A stretch of DNA of 64,000 nt from NCBI GenBank assembly GCA_029215995.1, contig JAEMVB010000005.1:31393-95392 (forward strand), read 5' to 3'. Source of the stretch: Sulfurimonas sp. SAG-AH-194-L11. Lineage in GTDB: Bacteria; Campylobacterota; Campylobacteria; Campylobacterales; Sulfurimonadaceae. This document shows, piece after piece, positions 29,323 through 40,032 of this stretch. The position numbers and the translations under genes are program-made. Numbering within the stretch: position 1 is the stretch's first letter; every line of letters starts with the position of its first letter. The notes beneath the pieces were generated by a model, which ran no database searches, was not told the DNA's origin, and saw only the letters and a list, made by a program, of their open reading frames with translations.

Positions 29323-30565
29323 AATTCATCGCCCTCGCATTCACATAAGCTAAGTCATACCACTGTTTTCTTGGTGCTATGAGATTTAAGTTTTTTGGGT
29401 TTGAGCTACGTGAAAGTGCTACATAAAATTGTGAGGGTGCAAAGATTTCATTTGTTTCGATTATAAGGTCTTCTATGCTCATACCTTGTGACTTATGTAT
29501 AGTTATCGCAAACGCTAACTTAATAGGGAACTGATAGATACTAAAGAGGTTCTCTTCTACCATCTCTTTTTTACCATTAACACTTTTTTCACTCCACCTA
29601 GCCTTACTTTGAGCACTACTCTCTAGCTTTATAACAACACCATCACTCTTTTGCACAAAAACATTAGTCGCATCAACATTTATAACTACGGCTCTCTCAC
29701 CGTTAAAGTAGTTCCATGAGTTTCTTGTAAAAAGCACTGGTGCTCCTACTTTTAAGGCTAACTCTTTTTCTATCCTTGCGTCATTCATAAAGCGTTCGAC
29801 TTCATTATCTTTAGTAGATTTAAGATGTTTAATGATTTGTGCTTCTTTTACAAAAAGTTCACTCTCTATGTGTTCTAGTTGGCGTTTGTTGTGTAGGTTT
29901 GCTGAAGCATTTTTCCCAAAAAGAAAAGTGAATTTACTCAAATCTTCGGGAAGTGGTTTTATGTAAGAGTTAAGTTGATTATGAACATTCTCATTCACAA
30001 AACCAAAACGCACATGGTTAAGAAGGTCTATAAATGCCACATCATCAGTTCTATATATATGTGTGAGTTCTATCTTCTCAAATGCCATCTCTTCCCAAGC
30101 CTTAGACTCAAAAGCAAAGTGAACATCGTTTGAACCTCTTACAACGGGTGGCAGTTGTAAAAAGTCACCCACTACTAAGAGTGAGCCGTTAAAGCCCGCT
30201 TGTTCTAAACGCAGGGCTATCATCTCAAAGAGGGTATTACTCACCATGCTTATCTCATCTATGACTATGAGATGCATAGCGTTTAGAAGTTTTTTTATCT
30301 TCTTTTTTATCTCAAACTTTCCCTTAGTTTGTAACTCCTCCACATCAGAAGCTATCCCTAAATCTAAAAAACTGTGAAGTGTCTGCCCACCTATAAGTGT
30401 AGCTGCCATTCCAGTTGAGCCTAGTTTTGCTACTTTTTTGGCATCACTCTCGAAATGCTCAATTATTTCTCGTGTTATGGTTGTTTTTCCAACTCCAGCA
30501 CCACCTGTTAAAAAAACATTTTTGTTTGATTTGAGTTTATCAATAGTAACATTTAGCCAATTCAT
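29303..30565 (-). CDS. Pif1/RecD-like SF1B DNA helicase
   Basis: GGAGVGKT, DEISMV, GDFLQLPPV, QFP..LAFAITIHKSQG, YVALSR; start set to ATG 30565. Confidence 0.92.
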   Translation of the reverse strand: MNWLNVTIDKLKSNKNVFLTGGAGVGKTTITREIIEHFESDAKKVAKLGSTGMAATLIGGQTLHSFLDLGIASDVEELQTKGKFEIKKKIKKLLNAMHLIVIDEISMVSNTLFEMIALRLEQAGFNGSLLVVGDFLQLPPVVRGSNDVHFAFESKAWEEMAFEKIELTHIYRTDDVAFIDLLNHVRFGFVNENVHNQLNSYIKPLPEDLSKFTFLFGKNASANLHNKRQLEHIESELFVKEAQIIKHLKSTKDNEVERFMNDARIEKELALKVGAPVLFTRNSWNYFNGERAVVINVDATNVFVQKSDGVVIKLESSAQSKARWSEKSVNGKKEMVEENLFSIYQFPIKLAFAITIHKSQGMSIEDLIIETNEIFAPSQFYVALSRSSNPKNLNLIAPRKQWYDLAYVNARAMNFVQNGR

Positions 30566-30640
30566 GAAGGGATAATAGCTTTTTTTACTATAAAACCAGC
30601 TAAAAAACTGTAACATTTACTAACAATATTTGGAGAGAAA

Positions 30641-31891
30641 ATGAGTCAAAGAATACTTATAGTTGAAGACAACAAAACACTTGCAAAACTAATTTCAAAG
30701 AAGATAGAAGTGGCACTAGACTTTAAAGTAGATGTCGCTTACTCTCTACATGAAGCAAAACTTTTTTTAAAGATGTACACATACTTCATCACTCTGCTTG
30801 ACATTAACCTACCTGATGCTCCAAATGGTGAAGTTGTTGACTATGTACTTTCAAAAGATAATCGTGCTATCGTTTTAAGTGCTAACATAGATAAAGAGTT
30901 CCGTCAAAGAATACTAAAAAAGAATATTATTGACTATGTAAATAAGGGTGGTGTAGATGATATTAACTACATTATCCAAACAATTACTAGACTTCAAAAA
31001 AATCAAAACCATACTGTACTTGTTGTAGATGACTCTATGGTTTTTAGAAAACAGTTACAAAACCTATTACAAAATATGTTTTTTAAAGTTATAGCAGTAG
31101 CACATGGTGAAGAAGCTTTAAATATTTTAAGTATAAACAGTGACATCAACTTAGTTTTAACTGATTACCATATGCCTGTTATGGATGGTCTTGAACTCAC
31201 TTATGAGATAAGAAAAAACCATAACAAAAATGATCTCGCTATTCTTGCAGTCTCATCAAATAAAGACAATGAAGTAAACGCCATCTTTTTAAAAGCAGGT
31301 GCAAATGACTTCATCACAAAGCCTTTTTCTAAAGAAGAGTTCTCATGTCGTATTAACAATACCATAGAGGCACTTGAAAATATTCAAATCGTTACAAATC
31401 ATGCAAACCGTGACTACCTTACAGGTCTCTATAACCGCCGTTACTTTTTTGAAACTATGAGCGAGTATCAAGATGAGATAAGTGATGGTGGTGAAAAATT
31501 TGCAGTTGCTATGATAGATATTGACCATTTTAAAAATATCAACGACACATATGGTCATGATGTAGGTGATAAAATCATCATCGCTTTATCGGAGATACTC
31601 AGAACCTCGACAAGCCATAGAGATCTTGTAGCACGTTTTGGTGGAGAAGAGTTTTGTATGGTTTTAAAAAACATCAACCGCTATAGTGCACTTGATATTT
31701 TTGAACGAATTCGTCAAGAAGTTGAGTCTTTTAGTTTTGCTGTTGATAAAGATAATTTTATAAAGTTTACTATATCTATTGGTGCTGCTATACATACGGA
31801 TACAACATTAGAAGAAACTATTAACAATTCAGATATGATGTTATATAAAGCAAAAAAATCTGGAAGAAATCAAGTGGTTTTTGAGGAATAA
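30641..31891 (+). CDS. REC-REC-GGDEF diguanylate cyclase (CbrR/PleD-like)
   Basis: Two REC domains, DYLTGLYNRR, DIDHFK.IND.YGH, GGEEF. Confidence 0.92.
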   Translation: MSQRILIVEDNKTLAKLISKKIEVALDFKVDVAYSLHEAKLFLKMYTYFITLLDINLPDAPNGEVVDYVLSKDNRAIVLSANIDKEFRQRILKKNIIDYVNKGGVDDINYIIQTITRLQKNQNHTVLVVDDSMVFRKQLQNLLQNMFFKVIAVAHGEEALNILSINSDINLVLTDYHMPVMDGLELTYEIRKNHNKNDLAILAVSSNKDNEVNAIFLKAGANDFITKPFSKEEFSCRINNTIEALENIQIVTNHANRDYLTGLYNRRYFFETMSEYQDEISDGGEKFAVAMIDIDHFKNINDTYGHDVGDKIIIALSEILRTSTSHRDLVARFGGEEFCMVLKNINRYSALDIFERIRQEVESFSFAVDKDNFIKFTISIGAAIHTDTTLEETINNSDMMLYKAKKSGRNQVVFEE

Positions 31892-31893
31892 AG

Positions 31894-33228
31894 ATGAAGA
31901 TATATGCACCATGGGAAAAAGCCTTTAAACAAGTAGCAACTCCTCTCGAACACTTTATACATGCACAAACAACTACAGGTATTATACTTATGTGTATGAC
32001 TGTCCTAGCACTTATCCTAGCCAACTCTCCCCTTACCCAAGATTATGCACAGTTTTTTCATACTAAGGTTGAATTAAACATCGGTTCATGGCACCTCTCT
32101 CATAATATTCACCATTGGATTAACGATGGACTCATGGCAATTTTTTTCTTTATGATTGGACTAGAGATAAAAAGAAATATTTTAGTAGGTGAGCTTTCAG
32201 ACATAAAAGTAGCTATGCTCCCTATTCTCTGCGCTATTGGTGGAATGGCCATTCCGGCTCTCATATACATAGCTATAAACAGAGGTACTGATGGAGTTGT
32301 AGGTTGGGGAATACCAATGGCAACAGATATTGCTTTTGCAATTAGTGCCCTTGTACTTTTAGGAAAACGTGTTTCTCCCTCACTTATTACCTTTCTTATA
32401 GCCTTAGCGATTGTAGACGATTTAGGTGCTGTTGTGGTTATCGCTATCTTTTATACAGATGAGATACACCTCATTCCACTTTTTCTTGCAGGATTTAGTT
32501 TTCTTACTTTAGTAGCTTTTAATCGTTTTGGTATCCATATGATTTTGCCTTACTTTATAGTGGGTCTTTTTATGTGGTTATTTATGCTTGAGTCTGGTGT
32601 GCATGCTACTATTGCAGGAGTTATCGCAGCTATGGCTATTCCATCTCGACCTAAGTTTTCCCCTCATGATTTTGCAAATCATACAAAAAATCTACTTAAT
32701 GAATATGATAATTATCCTGTTGCAGAAGACTACTCTTTACATGAAAAACAAAAAGCTATACTCATAAATATAAAAGATCGTATAGATGCCATAGGCTCAC
32801 CAGCAGCAAGACTAGAACATGATCTTCACCTTCCTGTGAGTTTGATTGTCATTCCACTTTTTGCCTTAGCAAATGCAGGTATTAGCATTGATTTTTCAGC
32901 TATTGGTTCAACTATTGTTCAGCCTATAGCACTTGGAATCATGAGTGGACTTATATTTGGAAAGGTTTTAGGTATTGCTGGGGTTGCATGGCTTTGCATT
33001 AAACTAGGTATCGCAAAGTTACCTGAAGGAAGTTCCATGAGTCAAGTTTTTGGAGTTGCTTTTTTAGGTGGTATTGGGTTTACTATGAGTATATTTGTCG
33101 CAGATTTAGCCTTTATTGGCAATGAAGCATTTATCTTTCAAGCAAAAATTGGTATTTTATGTGCATCTTTTATGGCAGGTCTTTTTGGATATATCTGGCT
33201 CAGATATATCGCTAAAAGCACTTTATAA
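31894..33228 (+). CDS. nhaA: Na+/H+ antiporter NhaA
   Basis: WINDGLM, ATDIAF, AIVDD, GIGFTMS. Confidence 0.95.
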   Translation: MKIYAPWEKAFKQVATPLEHFIHAQTTTGIILMCMTVLALILANSPLTQDYAQFFHTKVELNIGSWHLSHNIHHWINDGLMAIFFFMIGLEIKRNILVGELSDIKVAMLPILCAIGGMAIPALIYIAINRGTDGVVGWGIPMATDIAFAISALVLLGKRVSPSLITFLIALAIVDDLGAVVVIAIFYTDEIHLIPLFLAGFSFLTLVAFNRFGIHMILPYFIVGLFMWLFMLESGVHATIAGVIAAMAIPSRPKFSPHDFANHTKNLLNEYDNYPVAEDYSLHEKQKAILINIKDRIDAIGSPAARLEHDLHLPVSLIVIPLFALANAGISIDFSAIGSTIVQPIALGIMSGLIFGKVLGIAGVAWLCIKLGIAKLPEGSSMSQVFGVAFLGGIGFTMSIFVADLAFIGNEAFIFQAKIGILCASFMAGLFGYIWLRYIAKSTL

Positions 33229-33289
33229 GTTTACTTCTGGATTTCCCTCTTTTACCATTTGAGGAAATATATCAAAGAGTTTAAAACTC

Positions 33290-33450
33290 TCAAGCTAAGC
33301 ACTCGCCATATTTTCCACCATTTTGGACTTAATGAGACTTTTAAATGCTTCTAAATTTGAAGAGCTAACAGGTTGTTCTATAAGTTCTATCTTTAAATCT
33401 ACACCCATACCGTAAGTTTTATCATTGTATTGAACTTTAGCACGAACCTA
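33290..33450 (-). pseudogene. Decayed remnant of a dipeptide-epimerase-like gene
   Basis: Frame reads VRAKVQYNDKTYGMG-VDLKIELIEQPVSSSNLEAFKSLI; 20 bp identical to the neighbouring epimerase gene (33371-33390 vs 34063-34082). Confidence 0.55.
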
Positions 33451-33677
33451 TCGACTCGGCTAAGAGCTACTATTTTTTTCATTTTTGCTACTTAACTATT
33501 ATTATATAAATAGGAGTAATTACTAATATTTAAATTCAAAACAACACCAACTATCTGAATCTGCTTTATAAAGTTCTATATATATGGCAAAGGACTTCGC
33601 TAAATCATCTTCTGGATTTTTGATATCGTGTTTGTCATACTTTTTATTCTTATGGATAAAATATTAGAAGGAAATAT

Positions 33678-34673
33678 TTAAGATGGAGAGATAAAACTAT
33701 CAGAGTAGATAAAATCTAACTCTGTGGACCTCTCCTTATAAAGTAAGGGGCTGTCTAAGTCAACATACTCTATAACATCAGAGTAGTTAAACGCCAAGTA
33801 GAGTGCTGCATTTATAGAGTATGGACCCTCAAGCATAGAGCCTAGCATACACTTTATCTTATTTTCTCTTGCATACTCTAAAATTTCAACTGCCCTACTT
33901 ACTCCCCCGCACTTCATAAGTTTTATGTTTATCATATCAGCAGACTTATTTTTCATAACTGCTTTTACATCCCCGAGGGTAAATGTCGCTTCATCTGCTA
34001 GTATCGGTATAGTTGTAGCATCAGTAATGAGCTTTAATGAAGCTAAATCCTCTGCTACAACTGGTTGTTCTATAAGTTCTATATTGAGATGCTCTACTGC
34101 GTTTACATAAGTTAAAGACTCAGCCAAACTCCATGCCTGATTTGCATCTATAAGTAGCTTTGCTTCTATAAAAGTTTTTGAAAGTTTTTGAGTCACTTCT
34201 ATCGCATGGTTCATATCACTTCCGAGTTTTATCTTTAAGATACTCATACCATTCTCACAAGCATCTTTTGCATCTCGAAGCATAGTAGCAACATCATTCA
34301 AGCTTATCGTAATGTCAGTCTGAATACTTTGAGTATTTTTAAGTCTAAAAAATCCTAAGAGACTCATAAACGCGATGTCAAGTGCAGCCTTAGCACTTGA
34401 ACCAATACTCTGTTGATGGAGCAGTTCTAAAGCATTTTGTATCTCTAAACCTATAAGTACATCTTTTACCCTAGCTATTGAATCCATTATAATTTGTATA
34501 TCCTCACCCGTGATAGCCATAGTAGCAGGTGCTTCACCAATCCCTACTTCACCACCCTCACACATAACACTTACACGCACAAACTCTATAGTCTCTACTC
34601 TACGAAGTGCCGTTATAAAAGGTGTTTTTAGAGCAATGTATTTTATCTGTGTACGTATACTTTTAATTATCAT
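33678..34673 (-). CDS. L-Ala-D/L-Glu dipeptide epimerase (enolase superfamily)
   Basis: KxK, DANQAW, IEQP, ADE, NIKLMKCGG, DLD. Confidence 0.9.
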   Translation of the reverse strand: MIIKSIRTQIKYIALKTPFITALRRVETIEFVRVSVMCEGGEVGIGEAPATMAITGEDIQIIMDSIARVKDVLIGLEIQNALELLHQQSIGSSAKAALDIAFMSLLGFFRLKNTQSIQTDITISLNDVATMLRDAKDACENGMSILKIKLGSDMNHAIEVTQKLSKTFIEAKLLIDANQAWSLAESLTYVNAVEHLNIELIEQPVVAEDLASLKLITDATTIPILADEATFTLGDVKAVMKNKSADMINIKLMKCGGVSRAVEILEYARENKIKCMLGSMLEGPYSINAALYLAFNYSDVIEYVDLDSPLLYKERSTELDFIYSDSFISPS

Positions 34674-35800
34674 TGACTTAAACCTATTAAAATATTTCCT
34701 AAAACTAAACCACCAAAAGTCCCGATGATATAACCCATAACCGCCATAAGTACACCTACACTCACAAGTGATTTATTATATGCCGCAGCGAGTATTGGGG
34801 CTGAGGCCACTCCTCCTATGTTTGCTAAAGAGGCTACTGCGATGCTAAAGAGGTCAAGTTTAAAGAGTTTTGCACCTAGTATCATGATACTAGCATGGAT
34901 TAGCAATATACAAGCCCCTGCTAAAACATAGACACCTAAACTAGAAAAGCTCTCTATCACTGCATGTGAACCGATAAGGGCTACGAGAAGATAAAGCATT
35001 GATGTTGACAATTCACTTGCACCATTTAAGTTTTTTAGCCTTGTAAAGGAAGCTAACACTCCAAAAACTGAGGCTAAAATCACCATAGTTGTAGTGCTAT
35101 TTATGATTTGAAATAGTGTTGATAGATACTGTGTAAAAAATGAAACAGCGAGTGCTAAAAGTACTAAAAGCCAGTATCTTTTTGCCCCTAGATTACAGGC
35201 ACAAGCTATCTCACCTAAGTAGGCTAAGTTCTCACTACTCCCTGTAAACTTGTTAAAGTAAGAAGCAAAAGGAACTAAAAACAGCAGTAACATCACCCAT
35301 AGAGTGTAGTTAACACTATCAACTACAAGAGCATAAGCAAAGGCATCTTCACTAACATGAAGTGCTGAACCTACCGCTATCATATTTGCCGTTCCACCAA
35401 GCCAACTTCCAGCTAAGGCTCCAAAAGCTCCAGACATTTGAGTTGAGAAGTCAAACAAAATAGCTACTATTATAAAGCCAAATGAAATAGATAAAACTGC
35501 TAAAATATAGGCAATTATTAATGACTTACCGAGTTTTAAAAAATGCCTCAAATCAACTTGCAGTAACATCAAAAAAAGCATAGCAGGAAGTAGATTTGTC
35601 TTACTTTGTTTGTAGATGGCACTCATCTCTGCATTTGAGTCAAAAAGGTTTAAAGAAGCGAGTAGCATACTCGAAGCATAGATAAAAACAACAGCAGGAA
35701 TGAGTTTAAAAACTCGTAAACTTGTTTTACTCTCAAGTAGATAAAAAATAGTGACTAAAATAGCAATAGAAAAAAGGTATAAAAGTGGATTAGTTATCAA
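34670..35800 (-). CDS. DUF819-family membrane protein
   Basis: GSWLGGTANM and SLANIGG.ASAP motifs, many TMs. Confidence 0.85.
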   Translation of the reverse strand: MITNPLLYLFSIAILVTIFYLLESKTSLRVFKLIPAVVFIYASSMLLASLNLFDSNAEMSAIYKQSKTNLLPAMLFLMLLQVDLRHFLKLGKSLIIAYILAVLSISFGFIIVAILFDFSTQMSGAFGALAGSWLGGTANMIAVGSALHVSEDAFAYALVVDSVNYTLWVMLLLFLVPFASYFNKFTGSSENLAYLGEIACACNLGAKRYWLLVLLALAVSFFTQYLSTLFQIINSTTTMVILASVFGVLASFTRLKNLNGASELSTSMLYLLVALIGSHAVIESFSSLGVYVLAGACILLIHASIMILGAKLFKLDLFSIAVASLANIGGVASAPILAAAYNKSLVSVGVLMAVMGYIIGTFGGLVLGNILIGLSQ

Positions 35801-35861
35801 GGATTGCTCTCTGTTTTTTTTATAAGTGTATCATAAGTAAAGAAGATTCCAAGGGGAAAAT

Positions 35862-37211
35862 ATGAAAAAACTAACTATGACACTTTTAATAGGTCTGACA
35901 TTTACAAGTAGTATCTTTGCAGCGACACTTTCAAACGAGATAAAAAACAGCTCTTTAGTTGTTTACAACTCTAACTTAGGTTTAGTTCACGAAGAGAGAG
36001 ACTTACGTCTACATCAGTCCGATACTAGTATCATTTATAAGGGTGTTGCTAAAAGTATACTGACTGACTCTATAAATGCAGAAATCTCTCCTGATGTTAC
36101 ACTATTGTCTCAGCAGTATAGATTTGACTCCCTCACTCAAGCCAAACTACTCCAAGCATATATTGGGAAAAAGGTAGAAGTGAGACTTTTAAGAAACAAA
36201 AATGAGTTTAAACTTATATCTGCAACCCTTTTGGCGTTTAATGGGGATACATCCTTAGTAAAAATGCTTGATTATAAAATAATTACAGTAAAAAGTGATA
36301 ACATTATATTTGAAGAGATTCCAGATACACTTATCACACAACCCTCTTTAGTCTGGAACATCAAAAATAAAAAAGATGTTCATACTACTATGAAACTTGA
36401 CTATCTCATCTCAAATATTAGCTTCAAATCTAACTATATTATAAACCTTGATGGAGAGAGAGCAGATTTGAGTGCTTGGATAAGTATAGATAACAGAAGT
36501 GGAAAGAGCTTTGAGAGTACAAAACTCTCTCTTTTAGCTGGAGATATACAACAAAAACCTCTAGTTCAAAAGATCTATAAAAGGATGGGAGTAGCCAATA
36601 CAAACACTGCAGTAGCCGAGAAATCTTTTGAGGGCTATCATTTTTACACTATCCCTTTTAATGTCACACTAGCCAACAATGAAACAACACAGATAAAGTT
36701 TGCTCAAGAGAACAATATTTCGATACAAAGGCTCTACTCTGTTACACTAGATAATCCACTCTACTTACATGGTGAACGAAAAAATGATGTAAGTCAGTTC
36801 ATTTTTTTTAAGGGTTTAGATATAGCACTTCCTCAAGGTGATATCCGTATCTACTCACAACTCGATAAACAGAGTATACTTCTAAGTGAGAATGTGCTAA
36901 AACATACTCCAAAAAACAGTAGTATAGAACTAAGAACGGGTACAAGTTTCGATATAAAATTAAGCCAAAAAGTCACTCAACGTAGTGATACTAAAGAGTG
37001 GTTTAATGTAGATGTTGAATATGTAGTAAAAAACAGTTCTGATGTCAATAAAACAATAGAGATTCTTGTACCCTTTAACACATATGAGTACTCTAAGGTA
37101 AGAACTGATGAACCGCACACTTTAACGAAGGGGAATTTAGTCACTTTTAAGATTCAAACACAAGCAAATACAACAAAAAAATTCAATGTAAATTATGAGA
37201 GTAAAAAATAA
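35862..37211 (+). CDS. DUF4139-like secreted protein
   Basis: Signal peptide, VYNSNLGLV.E.R, Q.YRFD, P.L.W, YHFY, VTL.NNE..QI. Confidence 0.75.
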   Translation: MKKLTMTLLIGLTFTSSIFAATLSNEIKNSSLVVYNSNLGLVHEERDLRLHQSDTSIIYKGVAKSILTDSINAEISPDVTLLSQQYRFDSLTQAKLLQAYIGKKVEVRLLRNKNEFKLISATLLAFNGDTSLVKMLDYKIITVKSDNIIFEEIPDTLITQPSLVWNIKNKKDVHTTMKLDYLISNISFKSNYIINLDGERADLSAWISIDNRSGKSFESTKLSLLAGDIQQKPLVQKIYKRMGVANTNTAVAEKSFEGYHFYTIPFNVTLANNETTQIKFAQENNISIQRLYSVTLDNPLYLHGERKNDVSQFIFFKGLDIALPQGDIRIYSQLDKQSILLSENVLKHTPKNSSIELRTGTSFDIKLSQKVTQRSDTKEWFNVDVEYVVKNSSDVNKTIEILVPFNTYEYSKVRTDEPHTLTKGNLVTFKIQTQANTTKKFNVNYESKK

Positions 37212-37951
37212 TGGCAAAATATATAATACTAGATACAGAAACAACAGGTGTAAGTGAAACAGATAGAGTAATACAACTAGGATATGTTGTATTAGGTACA
37301 AATCCGGTAGAGGTTCATAATGAGTTTAATGCTACTGACATACCCATTAGTTTTGGGGCTATGGAAGTACATGGTATCACTCCTGAACTACTTGAGGGGA
37401 AAGTCACCTGTACAGAGACTTCAGCATATAAACGACTAGAGGAGTTAAACAGTGAGGAGAACTATCTCATCATCCATAATGCACCCTTTGACATTAAAAT
37501 GCTTGAAAAAGAGGGTTTTAATGTCCAGATGAAAGTCATAGATACACTCAGAGTAGCAAAACATATACTCCCAGATGAAGATGCACATAGGCTCCAGTAC
37601 TTCCGTTATAAGATGGAACTTTATAAAGAAGAGGAGAAAGAGGCAGCTGCCTTAGGTGTAGTTGTAAAAGCCCATGACGCCATCGGTGATGTACTTGTTT
37701 TAAAACTCTTACTTTCCAAACTTCGAGTAGCAGTTCAAGAAGCCTACCCGAGTGAAAATCCAGTTGAAAAGATGGTAGACTTAACAAACACACCAATACT
37801 TGTAAAAACATTTCGTTTTGGAAAACATAAGGGTAAGGAGTTAGCAGAGGTTGCAAGAGAAGATGCTGGTTATCTTAGATGGATGCTTAACTCCATGGAC
37901 AACCTAGATGAAGATATGAAGTACTCGATAAATACTGTTTTAGCGCAGTAA
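37211..37951 (+). CDS. DEDDh 3'-5' exonuclease (ExoX-like)
   Basis: LDTETTG, HNAPFD, AHDA.GD, C-terminal FGKHKG...YL.W. Confidence 0.9.
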   Translation: MAKYIILDTETTGVSETDRVIQLGYVVLGTNPVEVHNEFNATDIPISFGAMEVHGITPELLEGKVTCTETSAYKRLEELNSEENYLIIHNAPFDIKMLEKEGFNVQMKVIDTLRVAKHILPDEDAHRLQYFRYKMELYKEEEKEAAALGVVVKAHDAIGDVLVLKLLLSKLRVAVQEAYPSENPVEKMVDLTNTPILVKTFRFGKHKGKELAEVAREDAGYLRWMLNSMDNLDEDMKYSINTVLAQ

Positions 37952-39316
37952 TGCAAAGAGTACAAACATAGCAAACGCCAAACTTCCACTTATAAGTGCA
38001 TAAGGAAGTTGCGTTTTAACATGAGCTATAAGCTCACAATCACTCGCCATTGATGATATTATCGTTGTATCAGAAATCGGTGAGCAGTGATCTCCAAAGA
38101 TTCCTCCACTTATAACTGCACCTATACATAAGGCGATATTAGCATCCATTCCAACGGCCATAGGAACGGCTATGGGCACCATAATACTAAATGTTCCCCA
38201 TGAAGTCCCTGTTGAAAAAGAGATAATAGAGGAGAGTAAAAATATAATCGCCCCTAAAAGATAGACACTTACATTATCATCTGCTAAACTAGAGAGATAC
38301 ACACCTGTTTTAAGCTCTCCTGTGACATTTCCCATTGCAAATGCGAAGACGAGTATAAAGGCTATGGGTACAAAAGATTTAGCACCTGAGTAAGCTGTTG
38401 TAGTCCAAGTCTTTAAAGACATGTTTTTACTCGACACATAGTAAAGCAGCGTAAAAAGAGTAGTAGTGAGCATAGTGTAAAAAATAGCACTTGAGCCACT
38501 CCCCTTAAGTATATTACCATTACCTGTTATGTAGAGGAAGATAAAAACTAAAGCTATCATCATAAAAACAGGGAGCAACATAAGGTACATACTTTTTATA
38601 TTTTCATTGTGTTTTCTTGGGCTAGGAGTGCTATAAGTAGCATTTTTCATCGCACCGATATTTACTCCAAAATAGATAAAAATAAATGTGATCAAAAGTG
38701 CAAACATCGCATAAAAGTTATACTTTAGAGCACTTATCAGCATTTCAGTCGCATTTTGCTCGATATAACCTAAAGATATCTGTGTTGTGATAAGTCCTAA
38801 AAGTAATGCACCATAGCCATTAAGCACTATAAGTGAACCAATAGGGGCAGAGGTAGAGTCACAAACAAAAGCAAGTTTTTCATGAGGGATTTTATACTTA
38901 TCACAGAGTGGTTTTCCAACTGCTCCTGAGACTAAAGCGGTAATAGATGTTTCTATAAAGATAAGTACACCCAAGATATAACTCAACATCAAAGCGGAGC
39001 GTTCTGACTTGACTAAAGAGTGTCTGTTTAACACGAAATCAACAAAACCACCCACACCACCACTCTTCTCAATGAGTGCCATAATAGAACCCGCTAAAAT
39101 AACAAACGCGAGGGTTTTTAGTATCCATACTTCTTGCATCAAACTACTAAAGAGTGTAGATATGGCTAGTACAGTATCTACAATAGCAAAATTATTTAAG
39201 AGTAGTAGTCCGACAAGAACACCGCTAAAGAGAGAAATGATTACATTTTTTGTGTAAAGTGCTAAGAAGATTGCTAAGAGAGAGGGAATGAGAGATAGAT
39301 AGGAGGGGTCGAGCAT
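37940..39316 (-). CDS. NhaC-family Na+/H+ antiporter-like transporter
   Basis: DSTSAP, GTSWGT, GDHCSPISDTTI. Confidence 0.88.
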   Translation of the reverse strand: MLDPSYLSLIPSLLAIFLALYTKNVIISLFSGVLVGLLLLNNFAIVDTVLAISTLFSSLMQEVWILKTLAFVILAGSIMALIEKSGGVGGFVDFVLNRHSLVKSERSALMLSYILGVLIFIETSITALVSGAVGKPLCDKYKIPHEKLAFVCDSTSAPIGSLIVLNGYGALLLGLITTQISLGYIEQNATEMLISALKYNFYAMFALLITFIFIYFGVNIGAMKNATYSTPSPRKHNENIKSMYLMLLPVFMMIALVFIFLYITGNGNILKGSGSSAIFYTMLTTTLFTLLYYVSSKNMSLKTWTTTAYSGAKSFVPIAFILVFAFAMGNVTGELKTGVYLSSLADDNVSVYLLGAIIFLLSSIISFSTGTSWGTFSIMVPIAVPMAVGMDANIALCIGAVISGGIFGDHCSPISDTTIISSMASDCELIAHVKTQLPYALISGSLAFAMFVLFALLR

Positions 39317-39321
39317 ATCTC

Positions 39322-39942
39322 CTAAAACTCTATACTCATTAAAGACATACCAATACGACCGAATTTTTCTTTATAGAGCTCACACTCTTTTTTCTGCACA
39401 ACTCTAAAACCCATTTTTTTATAAAAAAGTTCTGATTCTAAAGAGCCTATCTCAATCATAGTTTGTGCAATTCTATAACCTTTAAGTCGTGCAGTTAAGA
39501 GTGACTTTTGCATAAGTGCTTTTAAAACACCTACATCAATAAAACCTTCAAGCTCTTCCATAAAATCAAAAACAAGTGTTCTATTGTTAAGATTAAAATC
39601 ACAAACATACATAACTTCTAAAGCTTCATTATCAGCACTGTAGCCTATCTCAGTGAGTGCTTTTATAAAAGTTTCTCTATTTGAAATACGTGGTTCATAA
39701 CTACAGAGTGAACCAACTGACTTACCATCTAACTCTGCTATAAGGAAGTTACTAAAATGACAATGGCTTTTAGCAGTAGTTTTTGTAAGTTCTTCTAGTC
39801 TTTGTAAAATAGTTGCATTATCATTTGTCGCAAAGAGAAGATCAAAAAGACCATCTTTTTTTCCTGCTCGAGAACTTTGCAAAATCATCTGTGCTAGAAA
39901 TGCACTATCTTCAGCTTTTGCTTGTTTAATTTTAATACTCAT
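39322..39942 (-). CDS. GNAT-fold acyltransferase-like protein
   Basis: IKIKQAK.ED start, central beta strand, FYKKMGF; start set to ATG 39942. Confidence 0.7.
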   Translation of the reverse strand: MSIKIKQAKAEDSAFLAQMILQSSRAGKKDGLFDLLFATNDNATILQRLEELTKTTAKSHCHFSNFLIAELDGKSVGSLCSYEPRISNRETFIKALTEIGYSADNEALEVMYVCDFNLNNRTLVFDFMEELEGFIDVGVLKALMQKSLLTARLKGYRIAQTMIEIGSLESELFYKKMGFRVVQKKECELYKEKFGRIGMSLMSIEF

Positions 39943-40032
39943 AATATTTTTCCAAGAGTTAGATTTATAATAAATAATATATTTAAGCACTCACTTAAGC
40001 TTTGGTACTTAATAGCAATGGTACCATACTTT

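Noticed and set aside
29303-30565. Pif1-like helicase as a sign of a mobile or defence element
   Set aside because: No integrase, nuclease partner or flanking repeats; it overlaps a DMT transporter gene in ordinary context
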